From: Escherichia phage slur02
Sequence record: NC_028927.1
Reading direction: 5' to 3' (one strand)
DNA length: 64,000 nucleotides
A program made the translations under genes and the position numbers. Positions 40,376-49,451 of the stretch are shown here, in pieces; the first letter of the stretch is position 1, and each line of letters begins with the position of its first letter. Under the pieces are notes generated by a model, which was not told the DNA's origin, ran no database searches, and was given only the letters and a program-made list of their open reading frames with translations.

Positions 40376-40928
40376 ATTTTTCTAATAATAAATCGCTTTC
40401 AAAATTGGGATTTTCTACGAATTTATCAAAAAGATCATCAACAATAGTTAAGATATTCTTTTTACTAAGAATACGTTTATTTTCATGCTTCGTTTCAGAA
40501 TCAACTATAAGAGTAAAGAAATATTTCTTGCCCTGAAATTTTACAGTAGTATCAATATAGAATAAATTTGACTTTTGTAAATTACGTTTAAACCATGCAT
40601 CACTTAAACTATAAACACCAAGATAATCATAATCGTCGTTTAAATAACATACTGTCCATTCAGGAGAAATGAAATCAGTAAATTCAACATCAAAATCACA
40701 TGTTAATGAATGAATTGATTCAATACTGTTAATAAGTATTCCAGGACGTATTAAAGACTTTTTACCTTTATAAAATCCAGAAAGACTTTCATCAGTTTCA
40801 TATGAAGAACCCCAATAATAATTACGTCCTTCTGCCATACGTTTAAGAGCATTTAATAATTGGTCTGGAACATCAACCTGTCTTTGGAACTCTTCAAACA
40901 TTGAATTGAAATCACTTTGCATTTTCAT
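40323..40928 (-). CDS. hypothetical protein (e.5 position)
   Basis: 201-aa ORF. Confidence 0.5.
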   Translation of the reverse strand: MKMQSDFNSMFEEFQRQVDVPDQLLNALKRMAEGRNYYWGSSYETDESLSGFYKGKKSLIRPGILINSIESIHSLTCDFDVEFTDFISPEWTVCYLNDDYDYLGVYSLSDAWFKRNLQKSNLFYIDTTVKFQGKKYFFTLIVDSETKHENKRILSKKNILTIVDDLFDKFVENPNFESDLLLEKFVKECREYVKAITIPSK

Positions 40929-40948
40929 TCCTACTTACTCCAAGTAAT

Positions 40949-40964
40949 AGGGGCCGAAGCCCCT
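40949..40964 (-). other. UUCG-tetraloop RNA hairpin between e.6 and e.5
   Basis: minus strand AGGGGC-UUCG-GCCCCU. Confidence 0.5.
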
Positions 40965-40969
40965 TATCA

Positions 40970-41563
40970 TTATTTCAGAGAATTAATGTATTCCTGAACA
41001 TCGGCAGAGGTAGTTTCAACCCCAGAAATATTGCCATTAAAGGTTTCAACTCGAGCAAGAGTATCTTCAATATCAACCTTAGTCAGTGCTGCAATTTCAA
41101 CTACATCATCAGCAGTACTAATTCCAAGGGCATTTGCTGCACGAGTTTCACGGATATATTCCAATTTAACTGCAAGTTCTTGGCGAGCATCATCCAATTC
41201 AACTACTTTCTTGGCGATTTCAATTCGCATTTCAGCATAACCATCAGCTTTAGTAGTCAACTGTTCAGCTGTTCGACGATATAGCAAGCCGAGTTTAGCA
41301 TGCATTGTTACATCTTGACCTTCAGAAAGAAGCTTGCGAATTTCACGCTCTTTTGATTCGGCCTGTCGATTCTTTTCGACAATAAGTTCACGAATACGTT
41401 TTTCTTCATTAATAGATTTAACAGAAGCAGTTTTTAGATCTTTAATCTTATCAAGTAGTTTTGCTGCCGCAGCAGTATACTGTTCTTCAACAGATAGATT
41501 TTTAGCCATAGCAGAACCAAGTTTAGTGCGAATAAACTCAACAATTTTCTTCAGTGTGTTCAT
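40970..41563 (-). CDS. coiled-coil protein, possibly PspA/IM30-like (e.6 position)
   Basis: 197 aa, predominantly helical charged heptads; family assignment from sequence character only. Confidence 0.35.
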   Translation of the reverse strand: MNTLKKIVEFIRTKLGSAMAKNLSVEEQYTAAAAKLLDKIKDLKTASVKSINEEKRIRELIVEKNRQAESKEREIRKLLSEGQDVTMHAKLGLLYRRTAEQLTTKADGYAEMRIEIAKKVVELDDARQELAVKLEYIRETRAANALGISTADDVVEIAALTKVDIEDTLARVETFNGNISGVETTSADVQEYINSLK

Positions 41564-41620
41564 AGTATTTCCTTAGGTTGGTATAATTAGATAATATCAC
41601 GTTTCTAATAGATTGTAAAC

Positions 41621-41956
41621 TTATTCTTCGTCTAGCTCGTCGATAAAGGCGTCGATGGCCTCGACAACGGCATCATTGATAGCCAATAAAATAAAATCAT
41701 CGTCAGTACCTTTAGAAGATTTTAAAGCATTGATATATGCTTGGTTGGCGAGTTCCCAAGCCTTTTTAAAATAAGGAGCTTCATCATCGGGGCCAACGAA
41801 ACGTACGCCTTCAAAGATACGGTTAGCATAATCCAATACCCACTGTACAGGCATGTTTTGAGAACGTTCGTTAAACTCTTTAAATTCCTTAGATTCAAAA
41901 AGCTCTTCAGGATAATCATTTCTATTACAAAAAGCTTTACTAAAGTTACGTTTCAT
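41621..41956 (-). CDS. hypothetical acidic protein (e.7 position)
   Basis: 111 aa; early promoter upstream. Confidence 0.45.
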   Translation of the reverse strand: MKRNFSKAFCNRNDYPEELFESKEFKEFNERSQNMPVQWVLDYANRIFEGVRFVGPDDEAPYFKKAWELANQAYINALKSSKGTDDDFILLAINDAVVEAIDAFIDELDEE

Positions 41957-41977
41957 AATGTTTTCCTTGTGATGATA

Positions 41978-42015
41978 AGTCTATAGTAACGCCTTCATAC
42001 TTAGATGTAAACTAT
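41978..42015 (-). promoter_or_regulatory. T4-type early promoter
   Basis: GTTTAC (42007-42012), spacer, GTTACTATAGACT. Confidence 0.5.
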
Positions 42016-42165
42016 TTCAACATCGCCTTTTGCTGTTTTATAACCTTCAGCCCAAGATACAACCGAGTTTTTATCTGAAGATTCAAATTCTGGCATTGGG
42101 CTTTCGCCAATGTTCACGCAGTATGTTTCTTCATTTTCGTCGAACCAAATAATTAAAGTAGTCAT
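42001..42165 (-). CDS. small hypothetical protein (54 aa)
   Basis: ATG with GGAG RBS; promoter-like sequence upstream; below track cutoff. Confidence 0.3.
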   Translation of the reverse strand: MTTLIIWFDENEETYCVNIGESPMPEFESSDKNSVVSWAEGYKTAKGDVEIVYI

Positions 42166-42233
42166 TTATTTCTCCGTTTCTGTATTTGTTTTGATAAGTC
42201 TATAATAACACCATCCTTGGTGTTTGTACACAA

Positions 42234-42497
42234 TTATTTCATATTATTGAAATATTCTTCTGCGATTTCGTCGTTATCATGGTAAACTTTAGAAGACAGT
42301 TTAACATAACCTTCAGCAGTGAACATGTTAATCACAACCTTTACAGTATACCACTGACCATCTTCATTACCCATTACTGCGTAAGTTTCAAACATCGGAT
42401 GGTCAGGACCGATAACTTTAATATCATTCACTGTACGACCGAAATCTTCTGAAACACATTTCATAAAGAAGTTGAACAGCTCACCGTAATTATCCAT
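42234..42497 (-). CDS. hypothetical protein (e.8 position)
   Basis: ORF 42234-42560; true start ATG 42495-42497 (MDNYGELF, GGAG RBS) downstream of an early promoter. Confidence 0.45.
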   Translation of the reverse strand: MDNYGELFNFFMKCVSEDFGRTVNDIKVIGPDHPMFETYAVMGNEDGQWYTVKVVINMFTAEGYVKLSSKVYHDNDEIAEEYFNNMK

Positions 42498-42535
42498 TTC
42501 ATTCTCCAAGTTGTTTTCTGTATCAGTAGTTGATA

Positions 42536-42575
42536 GTTGTATAGTACCATGGAAGGGCAAGGATGTAAACCGTTT
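42536..42575 (-). promoter_or_regulatory. T4-type early promoter with conserved leader
   Basis: GTTTAC (42565-42570), ATGGTACTATACAACTATCAACTACTGATACAGA. Confidence 0.6.
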
Positions 42576-42696
42576 TGTGAAAAAATTTTTAAAAAGTTTT
42601 GGGGAATTCTAGGGCAGGAAGGGGAAATCAAAGGATAGGATAATATATTATAAAGGGTAGAAACTAAATGATGTCTAGAGAGGCCTGGAAAGGCCT

Positions 42697-42734
42697 AGAT
42701 ACCAAAAAGCCCCAACCTTTCGGTCGGGGCTAAG
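42697..42734. repeat. direct repeat copy 1 (34 bp, terminator-containing)
   Basis: ACCAAAAAGCCCCAACCTTTCGGTCGGGGCTAAG identical at 42701-42734 and 43260-43293. Confidence 0.75.
42704..42731 (-). terminator. rho-independent terminator (copy 1 of repeat), downstream of the internal-protein-like gene
   Basis: minus strand GCCCCGACC-GAAA-GGUUGGGGC then UUUUU; identical to copy at 43263-43290. Confidence 0.7.
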
Positions 42735-42738
42735 AATG

Positions 42739-43212
42739 TTATTTGATTTGTTTAGCAGACCAAATGCGATCTTTAATAATTTTTTGGATGTCTTCAACAT
42801 ACTCTAGGTCATGAGCATGTGGATTATCTTTGAAACTATAAGCACGAGCTAGTTTTTGGCCTTCAGTTTTGATTACTAAAAGCTCTTTAAGGATAGCTTC
42901 ATATTTGGAGATAATTCCTTTAACAATATTTTTTTCTTGTGCAGCTTTAGGATCTGCTTTAGGAGCAGGTTTACCCGAAGCCTTTGCAAAAGCAGCGCCA
43001 GTAGCAACTAAACTTTTCCAGGCCATACTAACTGCATTTCCCGTAAATCCTTCCGCTTTCATGTCGCGTGCGAACTGGAATCGCGATTCATCAGAAGCAT
43101 CTTTATAGGAATATTTACCCGCTGTAATGGCTGCTTTTGCGACAGCTTGAATTTCGGTGCTAGATGCTTCATTTAACACCGCTTCATTTAAAAATTGAGT
43201 ATATGATTTCAT
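42739..43212 (-). CDS. internal-protein-like late protein with CTS-like N-terminus
   Basis: 157 aa; N-terminus MKSYTQFLNEAV resembles the capsid-targeting sequence; TATAAATA late promoter upstream; flanked by identical terminators. Confidence 0.55.
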   Translation of the reverse strand: MKSYTQFLNEAVLNEASSTEIQAVAKAAITAGKYSYKDASDESRFQFARDMKAEGFTGNAVSMAWKSLVATGAAFAKASGKPAPKADPKAAQEKNIVKGIISKYEAILKELLVIKTEGQKLARAYSFKDNPHAHDLEYVEDIQKIIKDRIWSAKQIK

Positions 43213-43252
43213 CTTATTTCCTGTTTTAATTCGTGGATTTAATATACTACTA

Positions 43253-43260
43253 TATTTATA
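43253..43260 (-). promoter_or_regulatory. late promoter for the internal-protein-like gene
   Basis: TATAAATA on minus strand about 40 bp upstream of ATG 43212. Confidence 0.6.
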
Positions 43261-43293
43261 CCAAAAAGCCCCAACCTTTCGGTCGGGGCTAAG
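43258..43293. repeat. direct repeat copy 2 (34 bp, terminator-containing)
   Basis: identical to copy 1; the two copies bracket the late promoter and internal-protein-like gene. Confidence 0.75.
43263..43290 (-). terminator. rho-independent terminator (copy 2 of repeat), ending the tRNA/stable-RNA transcription unit
   Basis: same 9-bp stem, GAAA loop and U5 tail; 34/34 nt identical to copy 1. Confidence 0.7.
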
Positions 43294-43599
43294 CCTTGCG
43301 GCAACCTTGTCGGGGTTCCACCTGCTAAGGCAAGTGTTTGTACGAAACGCCGGGATTCGAACCCGGTTATTAAGCAGTTGACGCTACTCAATATTTTTAA
43401 AAGGCCATATCTCGACCATATCCGAACGTTCCGTCAAAAACGCTACTCGGCTTACGGCAAAGATATTTCCTCGAATCGATAATTCGGTGCGCCGTTTCTG
43501 CTGTGATGTAAGAGGGCATCAATAAACGCAAAGATTATTAACGCAATTCCTTACTCAGGGAACATCAGTCCGACGACTTACCGGTAGCGACCCGGTTTC
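43292..43599 (-). ncRNA. non-coding region with a tRNA-like element (about 43342-43433); probable counterpart of the T4 stable RNAs (species 1/2)
   Basis: no ORF; acceptor-like stem CGGAACG/CGTTTCG plus canonical T-arm CCGGG-TTCGAAT-CCCGG, but no canonical anticodon arm; ends at a strong terminator. Confidence 0.4.
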
Positions 43600-43950
43600 T
43601 TAATATTCTTTTAAAGCATCAATCTGTTTACGGCGTTCACGCCATAAATCAATTGCTTCATACGCGGATTCAACATTTCGAATTGGACGGCATTTATATA
43701 AAGATTTGTGATTTTGATATTGCGTAGATAACGGAATTTTATCTAAAAGGTCTTTACGTTCAAAGTATTCGTAACCATCTAAGCCAAATGAACGATTTTT
43801 GAGAAATTGCCAATGACCAAATTCGTTTTGAATATAAATATAATCCGCATGTTGATAAAGTAAATTAATTTCACGAAATGAGATATGTTTTTCATATTCA
43901 TTGAAGTAAAATGTTAAATCATGAACTACTAAATAAACATTACCTTTCAT
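43600..43950 (-). CDS. hypothetical protein inside the tRNA/stable-RNA region
   Basis: 116 aa; GAGGAA RBS; between tRNA-Arg and the stable-RNA region, where T4 carries segB. Confidence 0.45.
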   Translation of the reverse strand: MKGNVYLVVHDLTFYFNEYEKHISFREINLLYQHADYIYIQNEFGHWQFLKNRSFGLDGYEYFERKDLLDKIPLSTQYQNHKSLYKCRPIRNVESAYEAIDLWRERRKQIDALKEY

Positions 43951-43968
43951 ATTTTCCTCACTTATAAT

Positions 43969-44044
43969 TGGTCGAGGCAGTAGGGATCGAACCTACGACC
44001 TAGGACTTAGAAGGTCCTTGCTCTTCCTTCTGAGCTATGCCCCG
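43969..44044 (-). tRNA. tRNA-Arg (anticodon UCU), CCA encoded
   Basis: manual cloverleaf: acceptor CGGGGCA/TGCCTCG, anticodon loop CTTCTAA, T-arm GTAGG-TTCGATC-CCTAC. Confidence 0.85.
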
Positions 44045-44048
44045 TAAT

Positions 44049-44124
44049 TGGGGTGACCGATGGGAGTCGAACCCATGACTACGAGAATCACAATCTCGAG
44101 TTCTACCAACTGAACTACGGCCAC
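44049..44124 (-). tRNA. tRNA-His (anticodon GUG), CCA encoded, no G-1 encoded
   Basis: manual cloverleaf: acceptor GTGGCCG/CGGTCAC, discriminator C, anticodon loop TTGTGAT; resembles E. coli tRNA-His as recalled. Confidence 0.8.
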
Positions 44125-44238
44125 ATTAATACCTACTCCAACAATCAAGATGTCTTCACACGAAATTAAGAGAAGAGTGATCAGTTCAACCCCTATAATC
44201 GCGTCAAGTAGATATTAATGTGACAGTTGTCACAAATT

Positions 44239-44313
44239 TGGCGGACGTGATAGGATTCGAACCTATAACCAATCGCTTAACAGGCGATCGCTCTACCATT
44301 GAGCTACACATCC
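44239..44313 (-). tRNA. tRNA-Asn (anticodon GUU), CCA encoded
   Basis: manual cloverleaf: acceptor GGATGTG/CACGTCC, anticodon stem ATCGC/GCGAT, loop CTGTTAA. Confidence 0.8.
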
Positions 44314-44317
44314 AAAT

Positions 44318-44404
44318 TGGTGGGGAGTGGTGGAGTCGAACCACCCGAGTCGCAATGACAATGAATTTACAGTCCACACCGCTACCTCTACGGGATAACT
44401 CCCC
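44318..44404 (-). tRNA. tRNA-Tyr (anticodon GUA), type II, CCA encoded
   Basis: acceptor GGGGAGT/ACTCCCC, anticodon loop CTGTAAA, long variable arm, T-arm GGTGG-TTCGACT-CCACC; anticodon stem has two G-U pairs. Confidence 0.7.
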
Positions 44405-44417
44405 TAATTCATAATTT

Positions 44418-44491
44418 GGTGGCCCTGGGTGGAATTGAACCACCATCTGGCGATTATGAGTCGCTTGCTTGAACCTTCCAGCTACAGGGCC
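44418..44491 (-). tRNA. tRNA with CAU anticodon (T4 tRNA-Ile-like, or Met), CCA encoded
   Basis: acceptor GGCCCTG/CAGGGCC, anticodon loop CTCATAA; occupies the Ile position of the T4 cluster order. Confidence 0.7.
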
Positions 44492-44492
44492 T

Positions 44493-44568
44493 TGGTGCTG
44501 ATTGACGGAATCGAACCGCCGACGTCCTCATTACAAGTGAGTTGCTCTACCTACTGAGCTAAATCAGC
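44493..44568 (-). tRNA. tRNA-Thr (anticodon UGU), CCA encoded
   Basis: acceptor GCTGATT/AATCAGC, anticodon loop CTTGTAA. Confidence 0.85.
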
Positions 44569-44574
44569 AAAAAC

Positions 44575-44664
44575 TGGCGGAGGCGATAGGATTTGAACCT
44601 ATGAGTCGCCGGAGCGACTGCCGGTTTTCAAGACCGGTGCATTAAACCACTCTGCCACGCCTCC
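44575..44664 (-). tRNA. tRNA-Ser (anticodon UGA), type II, CCA encoded
   Basis: acceptor GGAGGCG/CGCCTCC, anticodon stem CCGGT/ACCGG, loop CTTGAAA, long variable arm. Confidence 0.85.
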
Positions 44665-44666
44665 AG

Positions 44667-44740
44667 TCTCCATACAAGGATTTGAACCTTGGACCTCCTG
44701 ATCCCAAATCAGGCGCTCTACCAAACTGAGCTACACGGAG
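44667..44740 (-). tRNA. tRNA-Pro (anticodon UGG), CCA not encoded
   Basis: acceptor CTCCGTG/TATGGAG, anticodon loop TTTGGGA; 2 nt from tRNA-Ser. Confidence 0.8.
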
Positions 44741-44750
44741 TAAATTAAAT

Positions 44751-44824
<74 letters not shown>

Positions 44825-44829
44825 AAATT

Positions 44830-44916
44830 TGGTGCGAGAAGTGGGACTCGAACCCACAAGGAAATCATTCCGCAGCATTTTAAGTGCTGTGCCTTTACCA
44901 ATTTGACCATTCTCGC
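44830..44916 (-). tRNA. tRNA-Leu (anticodon UAA), type II, CCA encoded
   Basis: acceptor GCGAGAA/TTCTCGC, anticodon stem CAGCA/TGCTG, loop CTTAAAA, long variable arm. Confidence 0.85.
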
Positions 44917-44917
44917 G

Positions 44918-44990
44918 CTGGGAATAAAGGACTCGAACCTTTGCATCCTGGAATCAAAATCCAGTGCCTTACCAACTTGGCTAATTCCCA
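44918..44990 (-). tRNA. tRNA-Gln (anticodon UUG), CCA not encoded
   Basis: acceptor TGGGAAT/ATTCCCA, anticodon loop TTTTGAT; 1 nt from tRNA-Leu. Confidence 0.8.
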
Positions 44991-45059
44991 ATTATTAACA
45001 AAGGCTCTTTAGCAAGAACCCTTGATGATAGAGGGTATTAATCAGTGCGGTATGAGTTA

Positions 45060-45085
45060 ATAATAACAAATAATTCTTAAAGCAT
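45060..45085 (-). promoter_or_regulatory. MotA-dependent middle promoter for the tRNA cluster (putative)
   Basis: MotA box ATGCTTTA (45078-45084), 12 bp spacer, -10 TATTAT (45060-45065); 70 bp upstream of tRNA-Gln. Confidence 0.5.
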
Positions 45086-45087
45086 AT

Positions 45088-45381
45088 TTACCATTTATGA
45101 TAATACATATTTACGATGCATTCAAGACCCAAAGGATTCTTGAAAATATCATATTCAAGAGGACCTTTTTCTGTTTCAATAAAGAAATCAAAATTTACTG
45201 TATTAAATTTACGGTCTTCCTTCACTAATTTAACTTGAGAAGATGAACGGTCAACATAAACCTTTTCAACTTCAAAACATGTTAAAATGCCATAATCATC
45301 AATCAAGGCTTTAGCTGCTTCTTGATCATATTTATATCCATTTTCAATGGATGATACTTTAGCATAAAGAATCATTATCAA
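45088..45381 (-). CDS. hypothetical protein
   Basis: 97-aa ORF upstream of the tRNA cluster; no CTS. Confidence 0.45.
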   Translation of the reverse strand: MIMILYAKVSSIENGYKYDQEAAKALIDDYGILTCFEVEKVYVDRSSSQVKLVKEDRKFNTVNFDFFIETEKGPLEYDIFKNPLGLECIVNMYYHKW

Positions 45382-45761
45382 CCTTCATCAACAATAGTAT
45401 GAGTATGGGCATTTACAATTTGCCACCAATCAAAGCGATTAGAACCATACATCGGTTTGTTTTCATTTTCTTTGATAATATCACGAAGTTCATCTTCAGT
45501 AGCGGCTTTCGCGATTAAATCAGCATATCCACCACGAGGATAATAATTATCACCTGCAAAAAGTAAAAAGTTTGGTTTAATGTTATTGAACTCTTCAAGA
45601 GTAATAACTGTTCCTGATGGTAGTTGAACAATCTCTACATATTTATATCCTAATTTTTGAGCAGCATCTACTGCTTCAAGCAAAGTATCATGAGCCCATC
45701 CAATTTGACAACCTGGCTTTTCAGATGGATTAGCCTGATAATCCGCGTACACTTTATACAT
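45378..45761 (-). CDS. hypothetical protein
   Basis: ORF 45378-45800, start likely internal Met (MYKVYADYQ). Confidence 0.45.
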   Translation of the reverse strand: MYKVYADYQANPSEKPGCQIGWAHDTLLEAVDAAQKLGYKYVEIVQLPSGTVITLEEFNNIKPNFLLFAGDNYYPRGGYADLIAKAATEDELRDIIKENENKPMYGSNRFDWWQIVNAHTHTIVDEG

Positions 45762-45762
45762 T

Positions 45763-45948
45763 CTATTCACCTTTAGAAATTTTATCCGTAACGACAGCAA
45801 TTAAACCAATTAAAAATGCTACTACAAGTGAAAAAACATTTTCTGCTGTAGTTAATAATCCGCATATAAATCCAACAAACATTGAAAAACTAAAAGCAGA
45901 AGCAGAAATTGCAATAGCAACATTTCGAATTAATTCACAGCGTTTCAT
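45763..45948 (-). CDS. small membrane protein
   Basis: 61 aa, hydrophobic; early promoter upstream. Confidence 0.45.
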   Translation of the reverse strand: MKRCELIRNVAIAISASAFSFSMFVGFICGLLTTAENVFSLVVAFLIGLIAVVTDKISKGE

Positions 45949-45971
45949 TTTATTCTCCTCAGTAGTTGATA

Positions 45972-46010
45972 GGGTAATAGTATCACTACTAAAACCCTAT
46001 GTAAACAACT
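45972..46010 (-). promoter_or_regulatory. T4-type early promoter
   Basis: GTTTAC (46001-46006), spacer, GTGATACTATTACC. Confidence 0.5.
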
Positions 46011-46018
46011 TTGTGAAA

Positions 46019-46715
<697 letters not shown>

Positions 46716-46716
<1 letters not shown>

Positions 46717-47441
46717 TATAGTACCTTTAGTGTATTTTTAATTTTAGAAAAAAGTTCTTCAAGAGAACCATCGTTTGTAATTACTAAATCGCCATCACGA
46801 ATTGGCAATCCAGCTTCTGTAATATGTGTATCATTGGATTTTTGACCAGGACGAACTACATGAATTACTGTAGCACCCATCGCCCTAGCCGCATCCATTT
46901 CATGATCTTGACGAGTATCAGGAACGATATAATAATCATAACCTGAGTTAAATTTATCAAGATAATCTAAAGCAAATAATTTTACCCAGTACATGCGGTC
47001 GAAGTTATTAACAATCAAATCCGTACCTAGGGCTTGCATCAGACGACGGACTGACCATTGATCTTCAATATTATTTATAACGTCAATAATCTTGTTAATT
47101 GCTACAGAATTAACTGATTCTTGTCCTTCGTCATCAAAAACAAACACACCCTTAATTGGGCTTTTACCGTTAAGATAGCAAAATGCTTGTTCCATAATCG
47201 TGATTACTTCTGATTTAGTCAGATTTAAATTAGTCTCACGATCATAGTCAATTCCTTCAAACTCTTTACGAGTTAAGCAAGGATAGTCAGTGTTTTCTGC
47301 AAATACGCCCCATGCATAAGCCAATGCATCCTTAATAGGACCAGCAAGTTGGTATTTAACTGCAGAATAATTGCTCATGATAAAATCAGCAGTAGTATCT
47401 TTTCCACTACGCTTTACACCGCTTAAAAAGATTAGTTTCAT
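46716..47441 (-). CDS. 1: deoxynucleoside monophosphate kinase gp1
   Basis: 241 aa from MKLIFLSGVKRSGKDTT (P-loop); GAGGAG RBS. Confidence 0.9.
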
Positions 47442-47490
47442 GTGTTTCTCCTCAAATTTAATTAAGATTATAACACACAAAACTGAAGCA

Positions 47491-48021
47491 TTAAACTTCT
47501 GCTATAATTTTTCCATCTTTTTCTACTTGAAAATATGTGTAAGGAATCGTTGCAGTACATACTAAAGCCGGGTCTGAATCTTCTGTGTAGCTAAATTCTA
47601 CTTCAGATAGGTCAGAAACCCAAGGCTTATAAAAATTTATTGACATCACGATTTCAGTTTTGCTATTATCTAAGATGTAAAGCGTAATGTACTCAGGACC
47701 TGTTTTTTGGGCAGTATTTTCACCTGTAAGATAGTTGCTAGTTCCTAGCATCCATTCATACATTCCTATCCACGACTTAAGTTCTTCATCAACTATAAAT
47801 CTCACAATGAGTGGATCATACTCAAATGTAACACCTGGACGTTGTGCTCGGCCCAGTCCAAACGGCCCAGTCACGGTATCAGTAACAGGTATTCTAATTC
47901 CTGGAATAGGAACTGACTGAGCATTTAAAGTAAAAGCAGATGTAGTATTACTATGTGGTATTGATACTACAAAGTTAGTTGTATTTGCTTGGTTAAAAAT
48001 TTGTTGCAGAGCTTGCGACAT
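47491..48021 (-). CDS. 3: tail completion / sheath stabiliser gp3
   Basis: 176 aa from internal Met with GAGGAA RBS; T4 synteny. Confidence 0.8.
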   Translation of the reverse strand: MSQALQQIFNQANTTNFVVSIPHSNTTSAFTLNAQSVPIPGIRIPVTDTVTGPFGLGRAQRPGVTFEYDPLIVRFIVDEELKSWIGMYEWMLGTSNYLTGENTAQKTGPEYITLYILDNSKTEIVMSINFYKPWVSDLSEVEFSYTEDSDPALVCTATIPYTYFQVEKDGKIIAEV

Positions 48022-48127
48022 ATATTCCTCATAATGCTTTATAACTGTTGGTGGTATAATGGGTCTAAGTCCCTTCCATTCAATTCCATTTAGAACAAAC
48101 AACAGAAAAGAATGGAAGATAATAGAA

Positions 48128-48952
48128 TTAAATATTTGACCAGACTTTGTTTGCAGAGAAACGTTTTCCTTTTGAAACGAACTGCTGAAGTGGCATCAAC
48201 ACAACGTTCGCCCAGTCTTTCGGGGCGATTTCAACAAGGCTACCCATAATATTACCAGGTATATATGCCTTAATCATTTGGTCTGCGCCCCTAAATCCTT
48301 TCACTTGACTCCAATCAATTTTTAATTTCGTTTTATTAGTAATAGTAGGTGTATTTGCATATTGCTTTAAAAGCTCTTCTAGGAATTGCTGACGAGCTTT
48401 AGGTGGAATATAGTGCAAGTTTAATCCGTACATTAAGTTATGCTTACCTAAACCAAGATAAATTATCAAAGGAAATTTATCCCAGTAAGGAAGAGTTTCC
48501 TTGTGTTTAGCATCATAAGCAAAAGCATATATTCGTCCCGGCTGCGGGCGAACAACTTTATGTCCTTTTACTTGCTTAATAGTTTCAGCAAACCATTTTC
48601 TGGTTTTATTATTAATTGCTGCGCCTTCATTACGAATTTTATCACGCAATGTTTGTCTGAATGAATTTATCATAAGCAGTTGTCTTTCTTGCTTATTGAG
48701 CTTATTCATTGGTTTTGATTCAAGCTTTTGAATCTTTTCAGCCGTTTTAATTCCCGAAGCATATTTTGACATTGCCGAAGTAAACGTAGAGTATTTGATT
48801 CCTCTTTCTTCAGCAAATTGCTTTCCTGTCATTCCTTTTGCTTTGGCCTTTTTATATTCAAGACCTATTTGAATCCATTTCTTTTCGTTTAATGATTGCT
48901 TAACCTTTGGAACTTGGGGAGTGCTTTCATTAATTATTTGAAAAATAGCCAT
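48128..48952 (-). CDS. 2: DNA end-protector protein gp2
   Basis: 274 aa; T4 synteny. Confidence 0.85.
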
Positions 48953-49404
48953 TATGCCCCCTTAAAGCCAAGAGCTCGTAATCCATCTTCTGTTAGAATT
49001 CTAAATTTTATTCCACGCTTTTCAGCTAAAGATTGTGCTGCTTTCCATTTGTCGGTATTAACGGAATATGTATAAATTTCATTCATAAATCTTTTCTTCG
49101 CTGCAGTTGTTAGATGTGCTGGTTTAACTGGTGGTTGTGTTTCTTTTTTAGGTTTTATTTCAATAAAAAATTCTTGTCCAGAAGAATCTTTCATCCAAAT
49201 ATCCATGAAGTATCTACGTTTTTTCCCTTCGGCATTACAAAAATAAGGAATTACTGCTGTTTCACTACCCCATGCAATAATTTCTGGATTTTTATCTAAC
49301 CATTCAAAAAAGAATTTTTCCCAATTTGATCTATACGTAATTTTTTTAGGGTCACCTCTATACTTTGATATATTTTTAGGAACCCATTTTCCAGAATATG
49401 CCAT
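48952..49404 (-). CDS. 4: head completion protein gp4
   Basis: 150 aa; T4 synteny; late promoter upstream. Confidence 0.85.
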
Positions 49405-49415
49405 TGGATTCTCCT

Positions 49416-49423
49416 TATAAATA
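49416..49423 (+). promoter_or_regulatory. late promoter for gene 53
   Basis: TATAAATA on plus strand, followed by AGGAGGG RBS and ATG 49452. Confidence 0.65.
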
Positions 49424-49430
49424 GATAATA

Positions 49431-49438
49431 TATTTATA
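49431..49438 (-). promoter_or_regulatory. late promoter for gene 4
   Basis: TATAAATA on minus strand, 27 bp upstream of gp4 ATG. Confidence 0.6.
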
Positions 49439-49451
49439 AACAGGAGGGCCC

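Noticed and set aside
42650-42735. Short plus-strand ORF (about 21 codons) and AGGCC-TGGAAA-GGCCT hairpin in the e.8 to IP intergenic region
   Set aside because: No RBS and too short; the hairpin is probably part of terminator-proximal RNA structure
43600-43950. 116-aa ORF at the segB position as a GIY-YIG homing endonuclease
   Set aside because: No convincing GIY...YIG motif or conserved Arg/Glu catalytic residues, and too short; kept only as a hypothetical protein
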